Shown: positions 1 to 13,165 of the stretch, one piece after another
How the letters are laid out: each line of letters starts with the position of its first letter
How positions within the stretch are numbered: the first letter of the stretch is position 1
Assembly (NCBI GenBank): GCA_030390025.1
Contig: CM059432.1
Location: 22,198,001-22,262,000, forward strand
Source: Squalus acanthias
Taxonomy: Eukaryota
Length of the DNA stretch: 64,000 bases
Direction of reading: 5' to 3'
Program-made: the position numbers and the translations under genes
The notes under the pieces: generated by a model
The model's input: the letters and a program-made list of their open reading frames with translations, nothing else
Told to the model about the DNA's origin: nothing
The model's database searches: none

Positions 1-1535
1 CAGAGGAGTTTCCCTGCTGTCTGCCGCAGGGAAATTCATCGCAAGAATCCTCCTCAATCGCCTTCTCCCAGTGGCTGAAGAGTTCCTCCAAGAGTTGCAA
101 CGCGGATTCCGCCCACTAAGGGGCACAATGGAAAAGATCTTCACCGCACGTCAATTAAAAGAGAAATGCAGGGAACAGCACCAACCACTGTACATGGCCT
201 TCTTTGACCTCACAAAGGCCTTCAACACTGTCAACCGTGAGGGATTATGGAGTGTCCTCCTCAAATTCGGCTGCCCTCAAAAGTTTGTCACCATCCTTCG
301 CCTGCTTCACGAAAACATGCAAGCCGTGATCCTGACCAACAGTTCCACCACAGACCCAATTCACGTACGGACCGGGGTCAAGCAAGGCTGTGTCATCGCA
401 CCAACGCTCTTCTCGATCTTCCTTGCTGCAATGCTCCATCTCACCCTCAGTAAGCTCCCCGCTGGAGTGGAGCTAATTCACAGAACAAACGGGAAACTTT
501 TCAACCTCTGTCGCCTCCAGTCCAGATCCAAGGTCGTCCCTTCCTCTATCATTGAATTACAGTATGCAGACAACGCTTGCATCTGCGCACACTCGGAGGT
601 TGAACTCCAAACCATCGTCAACACCTTCACCGGGCCTTACACTAAACATCCGTAAGACAAAGGTTTTCTACCATCCTGCCCCCGCCACACAGTACTGCTC
701 CCTGATTATCAAAATCCACGACAAGGCCTTGGACAACGTGGACCACTTTCCATACCTCGGGAGCCTACTGTCAACAAGGGCAGACGTCGACGACGAAGTC
801 CAACACCGCCTTCAGTGTGCCAGTGCAGCCTTCAGTCACCTGAGGAAGAGAGAGTTTGAAGACCAGGACCTCAAACCTTGCACCAAGCTCATGGTCTACA
901 GAGCAGTAGTGATAACCGCCCTCCTGTATGCCTCAGAGATATGGGCCATGTACAGCAGGCACCTCAAAGCACTGGAGAGGTACCACCAACACTGCCTCCG
1001 CAAGATCCTGCAGATCCATTGGCAGGATAGGCGCACCAACGTCAGTGTTCTCGCTCAGGCCAACATCCCCAGCATCGAAGCTTTGACCACGCTCGATCAG
1101 CTCCGATGGACGGGTCACATCGTCCGCATGCCCGATACGAGACTCCCAAAACAAGCGCTCTACTCAGAGCCCCGACACGGCAAGTGAGCCCCAGGTGGGC
1201 AGAGGAAATGCTTCAAGGACACCCTCAAAGCCTCCTTGAAAAAGTGCAACATCCCCACTGACACCTGCGAATCCCTGGCTAAAGACCGCGCAAAGTGGAG
1301 GAGAAGCATCCGGGAAGGCGCCGAACACCTTGAGTCTCTTCGCTGGGACCAAGTGAAAGCCAAGCGCAAGGAGCGCACGTCAACCCAAGCACCCCACCCA
1401 CTCACCCCTTCAACCACCGTCTGCCCTACCTGTGACAGAGACTGTAGGTCCCGCATTGGACTCATCAGTCACCTGAGAACTCATTTTTAATGTGGAAGCA
1501 AGTCATCCTCGGTTCCGAGGGACTGCCTAAGAAGA
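1..1535 (+). mobile_element. RTE-clade LINE, 3' portion (RT domain, C-terminal zinc finger, short 3' tail), frameshifted
   Basis: ORFs 71-655, 552-1187 and 1236-1490 give the RT motifs FFDLTKAF, GVKQGCVIAP, LQYADN (decayed YADD), FPYLGS and LRWTGHIVRM, plus a terminal CPTC..RIGLISHLRTH zinc finger. The short 3'UTR ends in taagaagaa. Confidence 0.92.
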
Positions 1536-1599
1536 AAGACATTCCCACTAGAGTGACAACATAACATAAGAACCGTGATTAGTTTTCCACCTCCAAGTC

Positions 1600-1821
1600 A
1601 CATGCCATCCTAACTTAGAAGTATATCGCCGATCCTTCATCATCGCTGGGTCAAAATCCTGGAACTCCCTACCTAACAGCACTCTGGGAGTACCTTCACC
1701 ACACGAACTGCAGCGGTTCAAGTAGGCGGCTCACCACCACCTTCTCAAGGGCAATTAGGGATGGGCAATAAATGCTGGCCTTGCCAGCGACGCCCACATC
1801 CCATAAACAAATTAAAAAAAA
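1600..1821 (+). mobile_element. 3' end of a CR1/L2-group LINE with polyA signal and A tail
   Basis: tggaactccctacc...ttcaag..gcggctcaccaccaccttctcaagggcaa...aataaa...aaaaaaa. This is the WNSLP / FK..AHHHLLKG terminus typical of these LINEs. Confidence 0.7.
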
Positions 1822-1889
1822 CTCTTAGCTCAGAGGTGCATATAGTGCCTTTAATGTAGAGATGCGTCCCAAGAGGTCTGAGGAAAACA

Positions 1890-2060
1890 GATGATGAGCC
1901 AAAGAAGAGAATATTAGGAAGCCACTAAAAGCCTTTTCAAAGACGTGGGTTTTAATGAGAGTCTTAAAGGAGGAGTGAGAGGCGGAGGTATGGAAGGGTT
2001 AAGGCAGGGAATTTCAGAGAGTGGGACCTATACAGTTGCCAATGGTGGGGCGCAAGAGAT
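1890..2060 (-). mobile_element. Degenerate L2 LINE 3' fragment
   Basis: The reverse strand resembles the L2 terminus (ctttaagactctcattaaaacccacgtctttgaaaaggctttt, roughly FKTLIKTHVF). Confidence 0.55.
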
Positions 2061-2247
2061 CAGATTCAGATGAATGGAGAGTTCAGTATGGGGTCAGGGG
2101 GGTTATATGGCTCAATCAGATGCTCTTACTGCTGCCCTGTTGAGATCAGCCATCTCAGATCAGACTGAAGCTCCAACCTTGGACCTTCCTGATCAATGTG
2201 GCTCAGTTCAAAATTTCACAGTGCATTTACCAACTGAGTCACTGGGA

Positions 2248-2315
2248 GAGTTTGTGTGTGTGCGTGAGTGTGTGTGTGTTTGTGTGTGAGTGTGAGAGTG
2301 TGTATTTGTGTATGT
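2248..2315. repeat. Imperfect (GT)n microsatellite
   Basis: Direct reading of gtgtgt/gagtgt runs. Confidence 0.9.
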
Positions 2316-3097
2316 GGCTTTTTTTCTGGTTTAGAACTGTGATTTTTGCAGTGCTGGCTGACACTATGCAGTATGCTTTTAACGTGCGATAATATTCACA
2401 AATTATATTAATTAGTTATGAGATCAACAAATGGGTATTAATGATGTTTACTCTACTGCTGATTGTTAGGATTTAGCACAGTCCGTACATCTGTTAATGC
2501 AGGTTTGATGTATGTGGAATCAACATTACAAAAATCATACAGGTAAATTTTCAGATTGCTCGCACCTGGCACCGAGCCTTGCTGTATGGATGGAAAATTA
2601 TAATCTGTGTGTGCACGATTTTCCGATATGTGCACGCCAGCAAGTGAGGCTTCATGCTAGGAATGTACAAGCACAATATGTACCCTACAGAATAGAATTT
2701 ACTAACACTTTGAAGATTATAGGACGAGAGAGCTCAAAGGCAAAATACCTTGCACAAGGTTAGACACTAGAAAGAATTTTTTTTTCCCCACAGGATAGTG
2801 GACTTCAAGATAAAAGGTAGTTGATTAGGGTCAAGTGACACCTTTAAAAGAGAGTTGGATTGGGCCCCATAGTCATTATGAGGAGATACCTGGTCTGAAG
2901 ACACAGTCAAGCCCTTCTGTGCTTGACCAATAAGGAGGAAGAGCATAGATGTGGCCAGAGAAGTTTATTTTTATTTCCTTACTGGAAGAAAGTGGTGGAT
3001 CTCAAATCAGCAATGGCGCCTCTCCTTGTGTGTGAGTGTGTCTATTGAGAAGGAGGAGAGGAATACAAAGGTACTATAGGGTAAATTTTAGAACTCC

Positions 3098-3249
3098 AGG
3101 GGGGTAAATTTTGAATTATTTCGACTGCCCATTATATATCTCTCCTAATTTTCATTTTTATTGAAGTCAGTGGAAATTCACTTCAAAAGAAGGTGGTTGA
3201 ATCAATATTGGCCATTTTACACTATCAGCCAAAGTCAAAATTATCCCCC
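3098..3249. mobile_element. Short palindromic MITE (related copies at ~18200-18341, ~27835-27967, ~41900-42076)
   Basis: Ends gggggtaaattttga ... tcaaaattatccccc, with a shared central attgaagtcaRtggaaat motif in the other copies. Confidence 0.6.
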
Positions 3250-5369
3250 AAGTATGCAGTTTTGTGTAATGAAAGCATATATTGGTAGTTCGGGTCTGGA
3301 GGTCAGTGCACTCCTGTATGAATTGAAAGTCATGTGGGACACAAATCAAGCATGGTAACCTCCGTGACCTCTGAACCTGCAATCCTGATATGTTCTCCCA
3401 TCATGCAAAGCTCCACACCTGCAGTGATAAATCATAAAATTACCCTTTTAATGCCACTGCTTGATTTTTTGAGGGGGGAGCATAGGGGAAGTTATGAAGT
3501 GTACCTTAAAGTTAGGGATCAGCAGGTAGTAGTGGGGTAAGGTGGGGAGAGGTCAACAATAGAATAACCATACATGGATTAGGAATGGAGGTGGCTTGAT
3601 GGGCTGGATGACTTTTCTCACTCTCCATGTCCTTAGAATTTTCTTCACAATACAAAATGATCGGCATTGTATTTTCTTCACGTAAAAAGGAAAGATCTTT
3701 TGTTTAAGCTTATTGAGCCAATGTAGGTCAGTAAGTAGGAACATGATGGGTGAGCAGGCCTAAGTGCATTAGAGGTTTGGAGTACAAAGACACCCATGAG
3801 GGTTTTGGCAGCAGTGGTCGAGGCGGGCAATATTGCAAAGTTAGAACCTTTGTACCTCAGCTCTGGATCAAACAGAATGCTGAGGAGAATGCAAACACAT
3901 CCCCTTGATTAGTTTGCTGGAACAGGGGTTTTAATCTGAAGGTATAAATTTCCATTTCCATAGGTCTATCATGCTGTCAGTGCCTTGCAGGGCTGGTCAT
4001 TGGTATTTTGGAGTGCAGTAGACAATGAGAGAATGTGGGTCTGTAGTCAGTTACAGTCCTTTTGATATACTCCAATGTGCGAGTCCTTTGACATTTTTAC
4101 ATTACAGGAGAGCAACCAATCGGCTTCACTACCAAGCAGCCGAATATTCAGTTAACCAATAGCAGTAGACTCACAAAAATGTAGGTCCCTGAATCTGCCA
4201 TTAGTTCAGAGGCTCCAGTTATAGCAGAGTAAAGCACAGCAGAGCCTGTCCCACATGCTCCGAAAAGTACATTTCTTTTAGTAAATTGCATTGTTCAAGT
4301 GCTCGATTTTGCTCAGGTGTGTTCACTTTATTTCAAGCATTGGAGCTTCAACCATGATTTCTTTTCTGATATACATTTTTTTTGGAAGGGAAGTTTTTTT
4401 TTAAAAGGTATTTGATTCAAAGAGAAACTGCAATATTCCAAAACTCAGCTAGTCGCCATAGGGTGATTTTTATAGGGTTTATTCTCCCAATATACACACA
4501 CCTGATGCAGACCTCCACCTACTGGGAGTGTGTGTTGGGAAATCACACGCATGTTCCTTGGGATTTTTTAATCTATTATGGCACTTATCCATCCATAGCT
4601 GTACTACATGGCTCTGTTATCCCAGTGGCATTGCAGGTCCACCAAAATGTGCCTCGGTGGTCCTGAGGATTGGCTATAGGAACTGGTCTTAACAATGAAA
4701 ACACAGGGATCTGAGCCTATGTACTTGCTCTTTCCGTGGGGCACTGTACAAATGCGGAGCTCAACGCATCCATGGAGATTGGCTCCCTTGTGCGAATGTA
4801 ACATTGGGACTGCGATGCATGGTCCCAAAATTGGCTCTACTTCAAGCATGAAGATAATAGAGCCGTTAGTTGGGTGCTTGGGAAGTGCTCACAATCCGCA
4901 GAACTATCGTGTCTCCATTGGGTTGCTGCTGCCACATAGAGATTATACACGCAGCTCTCCCTAGACAGCAATACAAAAAACGGAAAGATAAAAGGGCATT
5001 TTGGAATGCTCCAGTGCACCTGCTACACCTGCCACTTGAAGAACAAATGTGGTAAACTAAGGTTGATGACTTACACAGAGAGCACAAATGCTGAGTGAAC
5101 TGTTGCAGTAAATTCTGAGGAAATTGTTTCTTTCACATTACCAAGTCATGCAATACATAGATTACATGGTGCAAAAGTGGGCCCTAGAGGTATAAAACAG
5201 CAATATGAATGTACTATATTACACATCTTTATCTGCAATCTCTTTCATTATCTGAAGCTATGAAACATGCATTCACTTGCAAATAAACACTTTAAGCATT
5301 AGCACTGAAAAGTCATGCAACCCAACAGTGTGGTGAGCAGCACTTTCCGCAGACATTTGCTGAGGATGT

Positions 5370-6270
5370 ATAATCATAGAGACTGGAAATGTAGAGGTAA
5401 ATTATATGCAAATGATGTGCTAAATGGGAATGTACTTGAAGTATCAGAGCAGGAGAGAGAACTTGGGATTTTAGTGGACAGGTCACTAAAACAATCAACA
5501 CAATGTTCCCAGGCTGGTAAAAAAAAAGTAAACAGAATGCTGGGATACATAGCAAGAGGTATAACATATAAATCCAGAGGGATCATTTTAAAACTATTTG
5601 GCCCTGGTGAGACCACATCTGGAGTGCTGCATACAGTTTTGGTCTCCCTATTTCATGAAGGATATTCAGTTATTGGAAGGGAGTAGAAAGAAGGGCCACA
5701 CAGTTGATGCCCAACTTAACGGAATGATGTATGAGGAAAGACTGACTACCAATGTTCCCTTTGAGCTGCGAGTCCACTCGAGACCTCCCGCTCAGCCGGC
5801 TCGCCGGCTTTTCAATGCGAAAAACTGCGCATGCGCGGAATTTTGAATGGGCCACGCACCCCCCAAAAAAATAAAAGGGAACATTGCTGACTACCCTGGG
5901 TCTTTTCTCTCTTCAAAACAGAAGACTGAGGGGGCACATGATGGAAGTGTTTCAAATTATGAAAAGTTTGGACATATTGGAGCCAAGTAAGCTTTTCTGC
6001 CATGTACAGAACTTAAGCACAAGGGGTTACACTTACAAATTAAGGACAACAAAAGAAAATAAGAAATGCAAGAGGAACTTTCTTTACTGAAAGAGTGGTA
6101 AGTATATGGAACAGATTACACAGTTGGTGAAAATAGAAACCCTAATGGGTTTCTTGAAGGAACTGGACAGGTTCTGGTCAACAGATGGAATTCAGACTTA
6201 TTAGAAATGCACCAAGTGAATAGTATGGATAGATGGACCAATGGTCTTCTCCTGTCTGAAATCTTTACCA
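5370..6270 (+). mobile_element. Old CR1 LINE 3' fragment interrupted by a hAT MITE
   Basis: Motifs ERELGILVD, NRMLGYIARGI, ALVRPHLECCIQFWSP, LGLFSLQNRRLRG and TRGYTYKL across frameshifted ORFs. Confidence 0.85.
5750..5886. mobile_element. hAT-type MITE (137 bp)
   Basis: TIRs caatgttcccttt / aaagggaacattg with a perfect 8-bp TSD ctgactac (5742-5749, 5887-5894). Confidence 0.9.
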
Positions 6271-6349
6271 TACTACATGATTCAGCACAGTGCTTCACAG
6301 GATGGGAACATATATCAGAAATTTGGGTACAGAAATTAGTGCACACTGG

Positions 6350-7520
6350 ACTGAAGGTGCGTTGGGGGAGGGACTGCTAGTTTTCGGGTTTCAGTCCCGC
6401 CCCCAGTGACATCTGACCAACCCATGCTATTGAAAGCCAGTGACAGATGACGTCAGCGTATGACGCTTCATCTGTCGAAAAATTTTTGACAGATGAATTG
6501 TCGGCGTTTGACAGCTTTAAGAAGCTGTCAAACACTGACAATCTCTGTTCTAAGGTGAGCCCTTGCACAGAAGGCGCACCAAAACCTCTCTCCTCAGCAG
6601 AAAGCAGATGGCTGCTGCATCTGAGAATGCAGCAGCCATTCTGTCATCTCTGCCGTTGAGATGAGGCACCTCGGATCCCCAAGGGTTGAAGCCTGCAAAG
6701 AAGAAGCAAAGGTAAGGAAACTTTTTCCAACACTTTACACTCACCTCTCATACTGACCTGTCCACACTTGCACCCATCACTCACATCTACAGCTTACATT
6801 TTGACCCCTCTCACCCCCACAGACCCACTGCTTGCCTTGCTGACCCTGGCGAGGTTCGCAGCCATTGGGAAGCCCGCAATTGCAGGCATAAAATGGGGAT
6901 AAGCCTCAAAACTGCCTGTTCACTACCTGTTTAGGATTTAGGATTTACGGCCGGGACACCCGAAAATACAGGTTTCCCGAATTTAACGGCAGGATCTGTT
7001 TAAAATATTTTCAATAGGTTTCCCGGCTGCAGCCAATCAAATTGACAGGCTGTTGGGCGGGAAGGTAGCCGGGGAGCGGAACAGAGGTAAATCCGACATT
7101 GGGGAGGGAGTGTGTCGGACATTGTTGTGGGGGGTGCTCAGCTGATCGTGGGGGTAAGCTTGGTGGGACGGGAGGAAGCACTCCTACTCCTCCTAGCCCA
7201 CAAGCAATGCTGTAAAGGCAATTACCTGATGGATCCGCCCCTTCACGCGTCCCTTCAGCTGACGGGTTTCCTGAGGCCTAGGAAACCCGGCCTGCAGTCA
7301 TTAAAACTAAAAGTGAAGGCACTCAGCCTCCTTAAAATATTTCACTGACCAACCCGCCTCCTGACAGCAGATTGGTAGCCCACTCCCCAACCCGCCTCCG
7401 TTAAAACTGGAAGTGGGCATGTTCGAGGCGGGTTGGGGTTGGGTCGCTCATTTTAACATTTTTAACCCACCTTCCCCCCACATGCCCCGGGGGGGGGGGG
7501 GGTTAAAATGACCCCCCCCC
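6350..7520. mobile_element. Degenerate Harbinger-type non-autonomous element(s) related to the 30987/49373 family
   Basis: Shares atctgtc..tttgacagatgaa, tttgacagct..agctgtcaaacactgaca, aaggtaag..aactttttccaacactt and ctgcctgtt..actacctgtt with 30987-31833. The ends are not resolved. Confidence 0.6.
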
Positions 7521-8371
7521 CCCATACCCCTGCACTCAGAAATTCTTATCCCAATCCCTACTGGCTTACCACCTCTCTCCCTACTTTCAAACGCCTCCTC
7601 AAAATCTACCTCTTTGACTGTTTTTGGTAACTTTCCCGAACATTTTTCCCTCTTCCTCTGCAGATTCTCAGATCTTGCTGCAAAATGCCATGGGGTGTTT
7701 TTTTTTGGTGAACTTCATTATAAAAATACATGTTGCTGTCATTGTTGCTGTCGACAGACCTGCTGAGTGTTTGTAGAATTTGCTGGTTTTATTTCTAGTG
7801 TGCATCTGTGAGTAAAATAGACCAGTGCAAATAAAAAGAAAATCATAAATTGCACAGGACGTCATGGTACTGTGACAAATTACAAAATATATGGAAGCCA
7901 TATATCAAATGGAGCATAAAATTAGAACAATGGATGTAAGCGCAATTAAATATTTATCTCTTACTGCACAATAAAGTGAATTGTGCAATACTACCAACTA
8001 GCTCATGAACATCATCATGTGTCTCACTAGTTTTTAGTTAAGTTAAAGATTACTCGCAACAGAAAAGTGTTGCTGTTTTCACATGTTAGAATGTCTCAGT
8101 AACACAGTGGCCTGAATTTTTCGGGGGGTCAGCTGGGCGTTTGGAGGTGGGTCGGCTGGGAAAATGTTTTTTTTGATAGCGGGTAGGGAACCCACTGTCA
8201 ACCTGCCTCCACGCTAGTCTCCCAGATGTCGGGTCTGTCATCGCAGAACAGACCCGACACCAAGTGGCGGGGGAGGCAATTGACACCATTAGATACATTG
8301 TTAAGAGCCAATTAAGTCATATTTTATATAATATAAAATATGAAACGTTAACTCTGTTTCTCTCTTCACAG

Positions 8372-8653
8372 TCCAAAAATGTGCGGGTTAGGTTGATTTG
8401 GCTATGATAAATTGACCCTTAGTGTTAGGGGGGATTAAATATGTGGGGTTATGGGGATAGGATGGGATATGTTAGGGGGAATTAAATACGTGGGGTTACG
8501 GGGGTAGGGTGGGATATGTGTACTGTGGGGATTAAAGCAGGGACAGGGTACTGGATTTGGATGATCAGCCATGATCGTATTGAATGGTGGAGCAGGCTCG
8601 ACGGGCCGAATGGCCTACTCCTGCTCCTAGATTCTATGTTTCTATGTTTCTAT
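8372..8653 (+). mobile_element. 5'-truncated HE1-like SINE segment joined to a CR1 3' tail, inserted in the Penelope 5' pseudo-LTR
   Basis: tccaaaaatgtgcgggttaggttgatttggctatgataaattg core, an internal ~48-bp tandem duplication, and the CR1 tail gaatggcctactcctgctcc..(ttctatgt)n. It replaces atgctgcc of the pLTR. Confidence 0.7.
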
Positions 8654-8763
8654 GACCTGCTGAGTTTCTCCAGCATTTTCTGTTTTTATTTCAGATTTCC
8701 AGCATCTGCAGTATTTTGTTTTTGTATTAGTGTTTAATTCACTGCCAGCCCTCTCTTCCAGGC

Positions 8764-11518
8764 ATGCCCACCTTGAAGAAGTTCTGCTCTTCTCTCCGAC
8801 GGGAGTTCCGTTTGTCTCTTTTACCTTGTTCATCTTCATTGCTTTCTGTCTCCCTTCTCGTGTTTGATCAGGTGTCTACCAAAACTCGCTTTCACAGCCA
8901 CATATCTTTCCTCAGCAACTGTCTCCGGCTCCGACTTACTCCACGTGGATTCCAACTGAAATTCCACCCTTCGTGTTTTAGATCCACCCAGGACTACAGA
9001 TATCTCCAAGATATTCAGCGTTCCTCGAACCACTGCTCTCGCCGTATCCTGAGATCCATACTGAATGCCATGCGATGCCACATGCACACCCTCGACCTCT
9101 CTCTTCAGCAGCACCGACTCACTCTATCTCAAAGCTGTCCTGGTCCGCAGCGCCATTTCATCCTTCGCCTCATCCGGCGCTTTAACAAAAAACTTTTTTT
9201 CTTCCTTTCAGGTGTCAAGGATCGCAAGCTTCAACAACTCTTGAACACCAACGCCCCTCCGGAACCTTCTTCCCCTTCACTTTCCTCTGACCCCATCACT
9301 TCTCCCAATCTCACCCCCTGCCGTGTTTTCACTATCCCCTCTGACCTTCCCCTCTCTGACCCCGAACGATCAGTCCTTAGCAAAGGCCTGAGCTTCATCC
9401 CCTTACGCCCCCACCTCAATGAATTTCAAGCTCGGCACGACGCTGAGCTCTTTTTCCGCTGCCTTCGTCTCCGTGCCCACTTCTTTGGCCAGGAGTCTTC
9501 CCCCCGCATGGCTGACCCTTTCTCCCGCTTTCAGAATTCTCGTTCCACCTGACCCCTCCCTCTGGCCTCTTACCTTCTCTCGATCTTTTCATTGCAAACT
9601 GCCGGCGTGACATCGGCCGTCTCCATTTCTCTGCTCCCCTCACTCACTCCAACCTACCTCGCTCTGAACTTGCAGCACTCCATTCTCTCAGATCCAACCC
9701 CGACATTGTCATTAAATCTGCTGACAAGGGTGGTGCTGTTGTTGTTTGGCGAACCGACCTCTACCTAGCGGAAGCTGAACGCCAACTCTCCGACACCTCC
9801 TCCTACCTCCACCTGGACCATGACCCCACCACTGAACATCAAGCCACCGTTTCCAAGACTGTCACTGACCTCATCTCCTCTGGAAATCTTCCCCCCACGG
9901 CCGCCAACCTCATAGTTCCCCAACCCCACACAGCCCGCTTCTACCTCCTTTCCAAGATCCACAAACAGGACTGCCCTGGTAGACCCATTGTTTCAGCCAG
10001 TTCTTACCCCACGGAACTTATCTCTTCCTATCTCAACTCTATTTTTTCTCCCCTTGTCCAGTCTCTTCCCACCTACATCCGCGACTCTTCCGATGCCCTC
10101 CGCCACTTTAACAGTTTCCAGTTTCCTGGCCCCAACCGCCTCCTTTTCACTATGGACGTACAATCCCTCTACACCTCCATCCCCCACCAGGATGGCCTGA
10201 GGGCGCTCCGCTTCTTCCTTGAGCAGAGGCCCAACCAGTCCCCGTCCACCACCACCCTCCTCCGCCTGGCTGAACTTGTTCTCACATTGAACAACTTCTC
10301 CTTTGACTCCACTCACTTCCTCTAAATCAAAGGTGTTGCTATGGGAACCCGCATAGGTCCTAGCTATGCCTGCCTTTTCGTGGGATATGTGGAACACTCT
10401 TTTTTCCAGTCCTACTCAGGTCCCCTCCCTCACCTCTTTTTCCGGTACATTGATGACTGTATCGGTGCCATTTCCTGCTCTCGCCCTGAACTAGATAATT
10501 TCATTCACTTTGCTTCCAATTTCCACCCTTCCCTCACCTTCACATGGTCCATCTTCGACTCTTCCCTTCCCTTCCTCGACTTCTCCGTCTCCATCTCTGG
10601 GGATAGGTTATTGACAAACATTCACTACAAGCCCACTGACTCCCACAGCTACCTGGACTACACTTTCTCCTACCCCGCCTCCTGTAAGGACTCTATTCCA
10701 TTCTCCCAGTTTCTCCGTCTCCGCCGCATCTGCTCTGACGATGCCACCTTCCATACCAGTGCTTCCGACCTGTCTTCCTTTTTCCTCAACCGAGGATTCC
10801 CCTCTACAGTGGTTGACACAGCCCTTGACCATGTCTGTTCTATCTCCCGCACTTCAGCCCTCACCCCTGCCCCTCCCTCCCGGAACTACGACAGAGTTCC
10901 CTTGTCCTCACCTTTCACCCCACCAGCCTCCACATTCAATGGATCATCCTCCGCCATTTCCGCCACCTCCAGCATGATCCCACCACCAAACGCATCTTCC
11001 CCTCACCTCCCCTTTCAGCATTCCGTAGGGACCGCTCCCTCCACGACACCCGAGTCCACTCCTCTACCACCCCAAGCACCCCTTCCCTTTCGCCCGGCAC
11101 CTTCCCATGCAAGCGCAGGAGATGCAACACATGCCCTTATATCTCCCCCCTTCCCACTGTCCAGGGCCCCAAACACCCCTTCCAGGTGAAACAGCGATTT
11201 ACTTGTACTTCTTGCAATTTAGTATAATGTATTCGCGGCTCACGATGCGGTCTCCTCTACATTGGGGAGACCAAACGCAGATTGGGTGACCGTTTTGCGG
11301 AACACCTCCGTTCAGTCCGTAAGGGGGACCCCGAGCTTCCGGTCACCTGTCACTTTAATTCACCGCTTCACTCCCACTCAGACCTCACCGTCCTCGGCCT
11401 CTTGCCTTGTTCCACGGAAGCTCAACGTAAACTCGAGGAACAGCACCTCATCTTTCGATTAGGCACTTTACAGCCTTCTGGACTCAACATAGGGTCAAAA
11501 ACAATTTCAGATCATAAC
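8764..11518 (+). pseudogene. Penelope polyprotein (reverse transcriptase + GIY-YIG endonuclease), disrupted by frameshifts and stops
   Basis: Motifs VLSKGLSFIP, IKSADKGGAVVVW, MGTRIGPSYA, FFRYIDDCIG, LPFLD, HYKPTDSHSYL, LYIGETKRRLGDRFAEH and EQHLIFRLGTLQPSGLN. Premature TAA at ~10324; frameshifts near 9550 and 10900. Confidence 0.92.
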
Positions 11519-11787
11519 CTCGGCCCCTATCATATATATATATATATATATCTTTATCCACACCCTTTGTCTGTCTTTTTTTCTTCTCCCCCACATGGCA
11601 GCTGTCTTTCATTCTGCCAGCGCAATTTATACTTAACCTGTCCCTTTACCATCTCCTTTTGCCTTGTCTCTTAACCTCTTCCGCCTTCTATCTTGTCACA
11701 GACCTTCTCTTTTGTTCTTTCATCCCCTCCCCCCTTTCCCAGCCTCTACACTTGCTTAAAAATCTGTTCCATTTCCTGCTTTTTTCC

Positions 11788-11824
11788 AGTTCTGATGAAA
11801 GGTCATCGACATGAAACGTTAACT
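11788..11824 (+). ncRNA. Minimal type I hammerhead ribozyme in the Penelope 3' pseudo-LTR
   Basis: agtt-CTGATGA-a-aggtc/atc/gacat-GAAA-cg-TT-aact. Stem I is agtt:aact, stem II has one mismatch, and stem III is the palindrome AACGTT. Confidence 0.75.
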
Positions 11825-12962
11825 CTGTTTCTCTCTTCACAGATGCTGCCTGACCTGCTGAGTTTCTCTAGCATTTTCTGTTTTTATTTCAGATTTCCAG
11901 CATCTGCAGTATTTTCTTTTTGTAAGCCATATTTTATGCCTACCTTTCAATTTTATGTTTTCCCCCATGGCTTCCCTGCTGCTCAGGGATCACGTCAGGT
12001 AAGGACGTCGGGTGTTGTGATGATTTCTTTATTTGACAGCTGCAAATGGTCTATAAAAGCTCCCATTTCATAGGTGTTCACTTTCCAAGGTTAGAAGCTG
12101 TTACTTACTGCATTTGGAAGACAGATTGAGCTTTATGCAGCTTGCAAGTGTTTGGAGCAAACTCTCTATCCAGTGTCACCTCATTGGAACAACCTCTCTC
12201 ATCATTGACAGATCGCTTCTGTCATCTCAATCTCACCTGCCATCTATTACATCAGCATCGGTGCCCTTGAAAAAAATCTCGCCTTGGTCCTCAGAATCCC
12301 ACCACGATCAGCCCCAACACCAGCAGCACCAGGCACACCAGCAGCACCAACAACAACACCAACCTTCTCCGCAAACAGCTGGTGCTGCACAGGACACAGG
12401 GTATCAGCACCCGACCACGTTGTTGCCCGGGACGCCTCACCATGGCCACAATTACTTCACTTGATGCTGTACACCCTGGCTGCCACATGATGCGCCAGGT
12501 TGGCACCACCCCACACCAACACCATAAAGCATCCCTACAATGCCCAAGTCATTCCTTTCACACTCATCACCATTGTGGGGTTACCGTTATGTCCCACCAT
12601 TCACTGCAACTCACTAAGCCACTTCCAAAAGTGCACACAAATCTGTCCAAGAACGCAAAGTGTTGCAAATAAAGGTTTCAATATTTGACACCACATTAAC
12701 AGAAACTTTACATGAACATTGCATAAAACACCCAAGTGCCCACCTTTGTGTGCTGTTAGTTGGTATGATTGGACTAGGATGAGGGTGTGTGTGAGGGGTG
12801 GCTAGTAAGATGGGGATGTGATAATGTAGAGAGAGAGGGATGGGTGGAGATGCAAGTTAAGTTGGTGTGAGTAAAGATGTGCAGGAGTAGGGTAGGGAAG
12901 GCAGAGTGATGGGGATGTGATGAGAGGCACAGCAGGATGAGGTTGAGTGTGGCTTTGCAGTA

Positions 12963-13165
12963 ATTGAAAGGTTTGCACCACTGCAGCCTGGTCCTCCTTA
13001 TGACATCCCTGCTTGTGCCCTCCTGTGCGTTGTGCAACCAGGCTGCATTGGTCTCCTGGGGAGGTCTCTTCCACCCATTGGAAGGAAAGCGAACCTCCCT
13101 GCATGCTGTGACTCCCTCCATAAGCATAAGGAGGGAGTCATGGGAGAGCCTGGATGCAGCCGTGC
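12963..13165 (-). pseudogene. Harbinger Myb/SANT-like DNA-binding protein remnant
   Basis: AASRLSHDSLLMLMEGVTACREVRFP..KRPPQETNAAWLHNAQEGTSRDVIRRTRLQWCKPFN fits the RFS..L..L...W..IA.....RTW.QCRKRFN pattern of Harbinger/NAIF1-type Myb domains. Confidence 0.75.

Larger units (their letters stand above)
8328..11922 (+). mobile_element. Near full-length Penelope-like retroelement with partial 5' and complete 3' pseudo-LTR
   Basis: Direct repeat atgaaacgttaactctgtttctctc...catctgcagtatttt at 8340-8725 and 11811-11920, an RT + GIY-YIG ORF, and a 15-bp TSD taagtcatattttat (8313-8327) / taagccatattttat (11923-11937). Confidence 0.93.

Noticed and set aside
4382..5087. Cluster of short overlapping ORFs
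   Set aside because: No recognisable motifs; consistent with chance or a very old repeat.
7487..7523. G-run/C-run hairpin or G-quadruplex
   Set aside because: Homopolymer expansions at a MITE terminus, also prone to sequencing error.
12114..12464. Gln/His-rich 116-aa ORF as a host gene
   Set aside because: It lies inside a Harbinger derivative; more likely a decayed transposase N-terminus or CAG-rich repeat.
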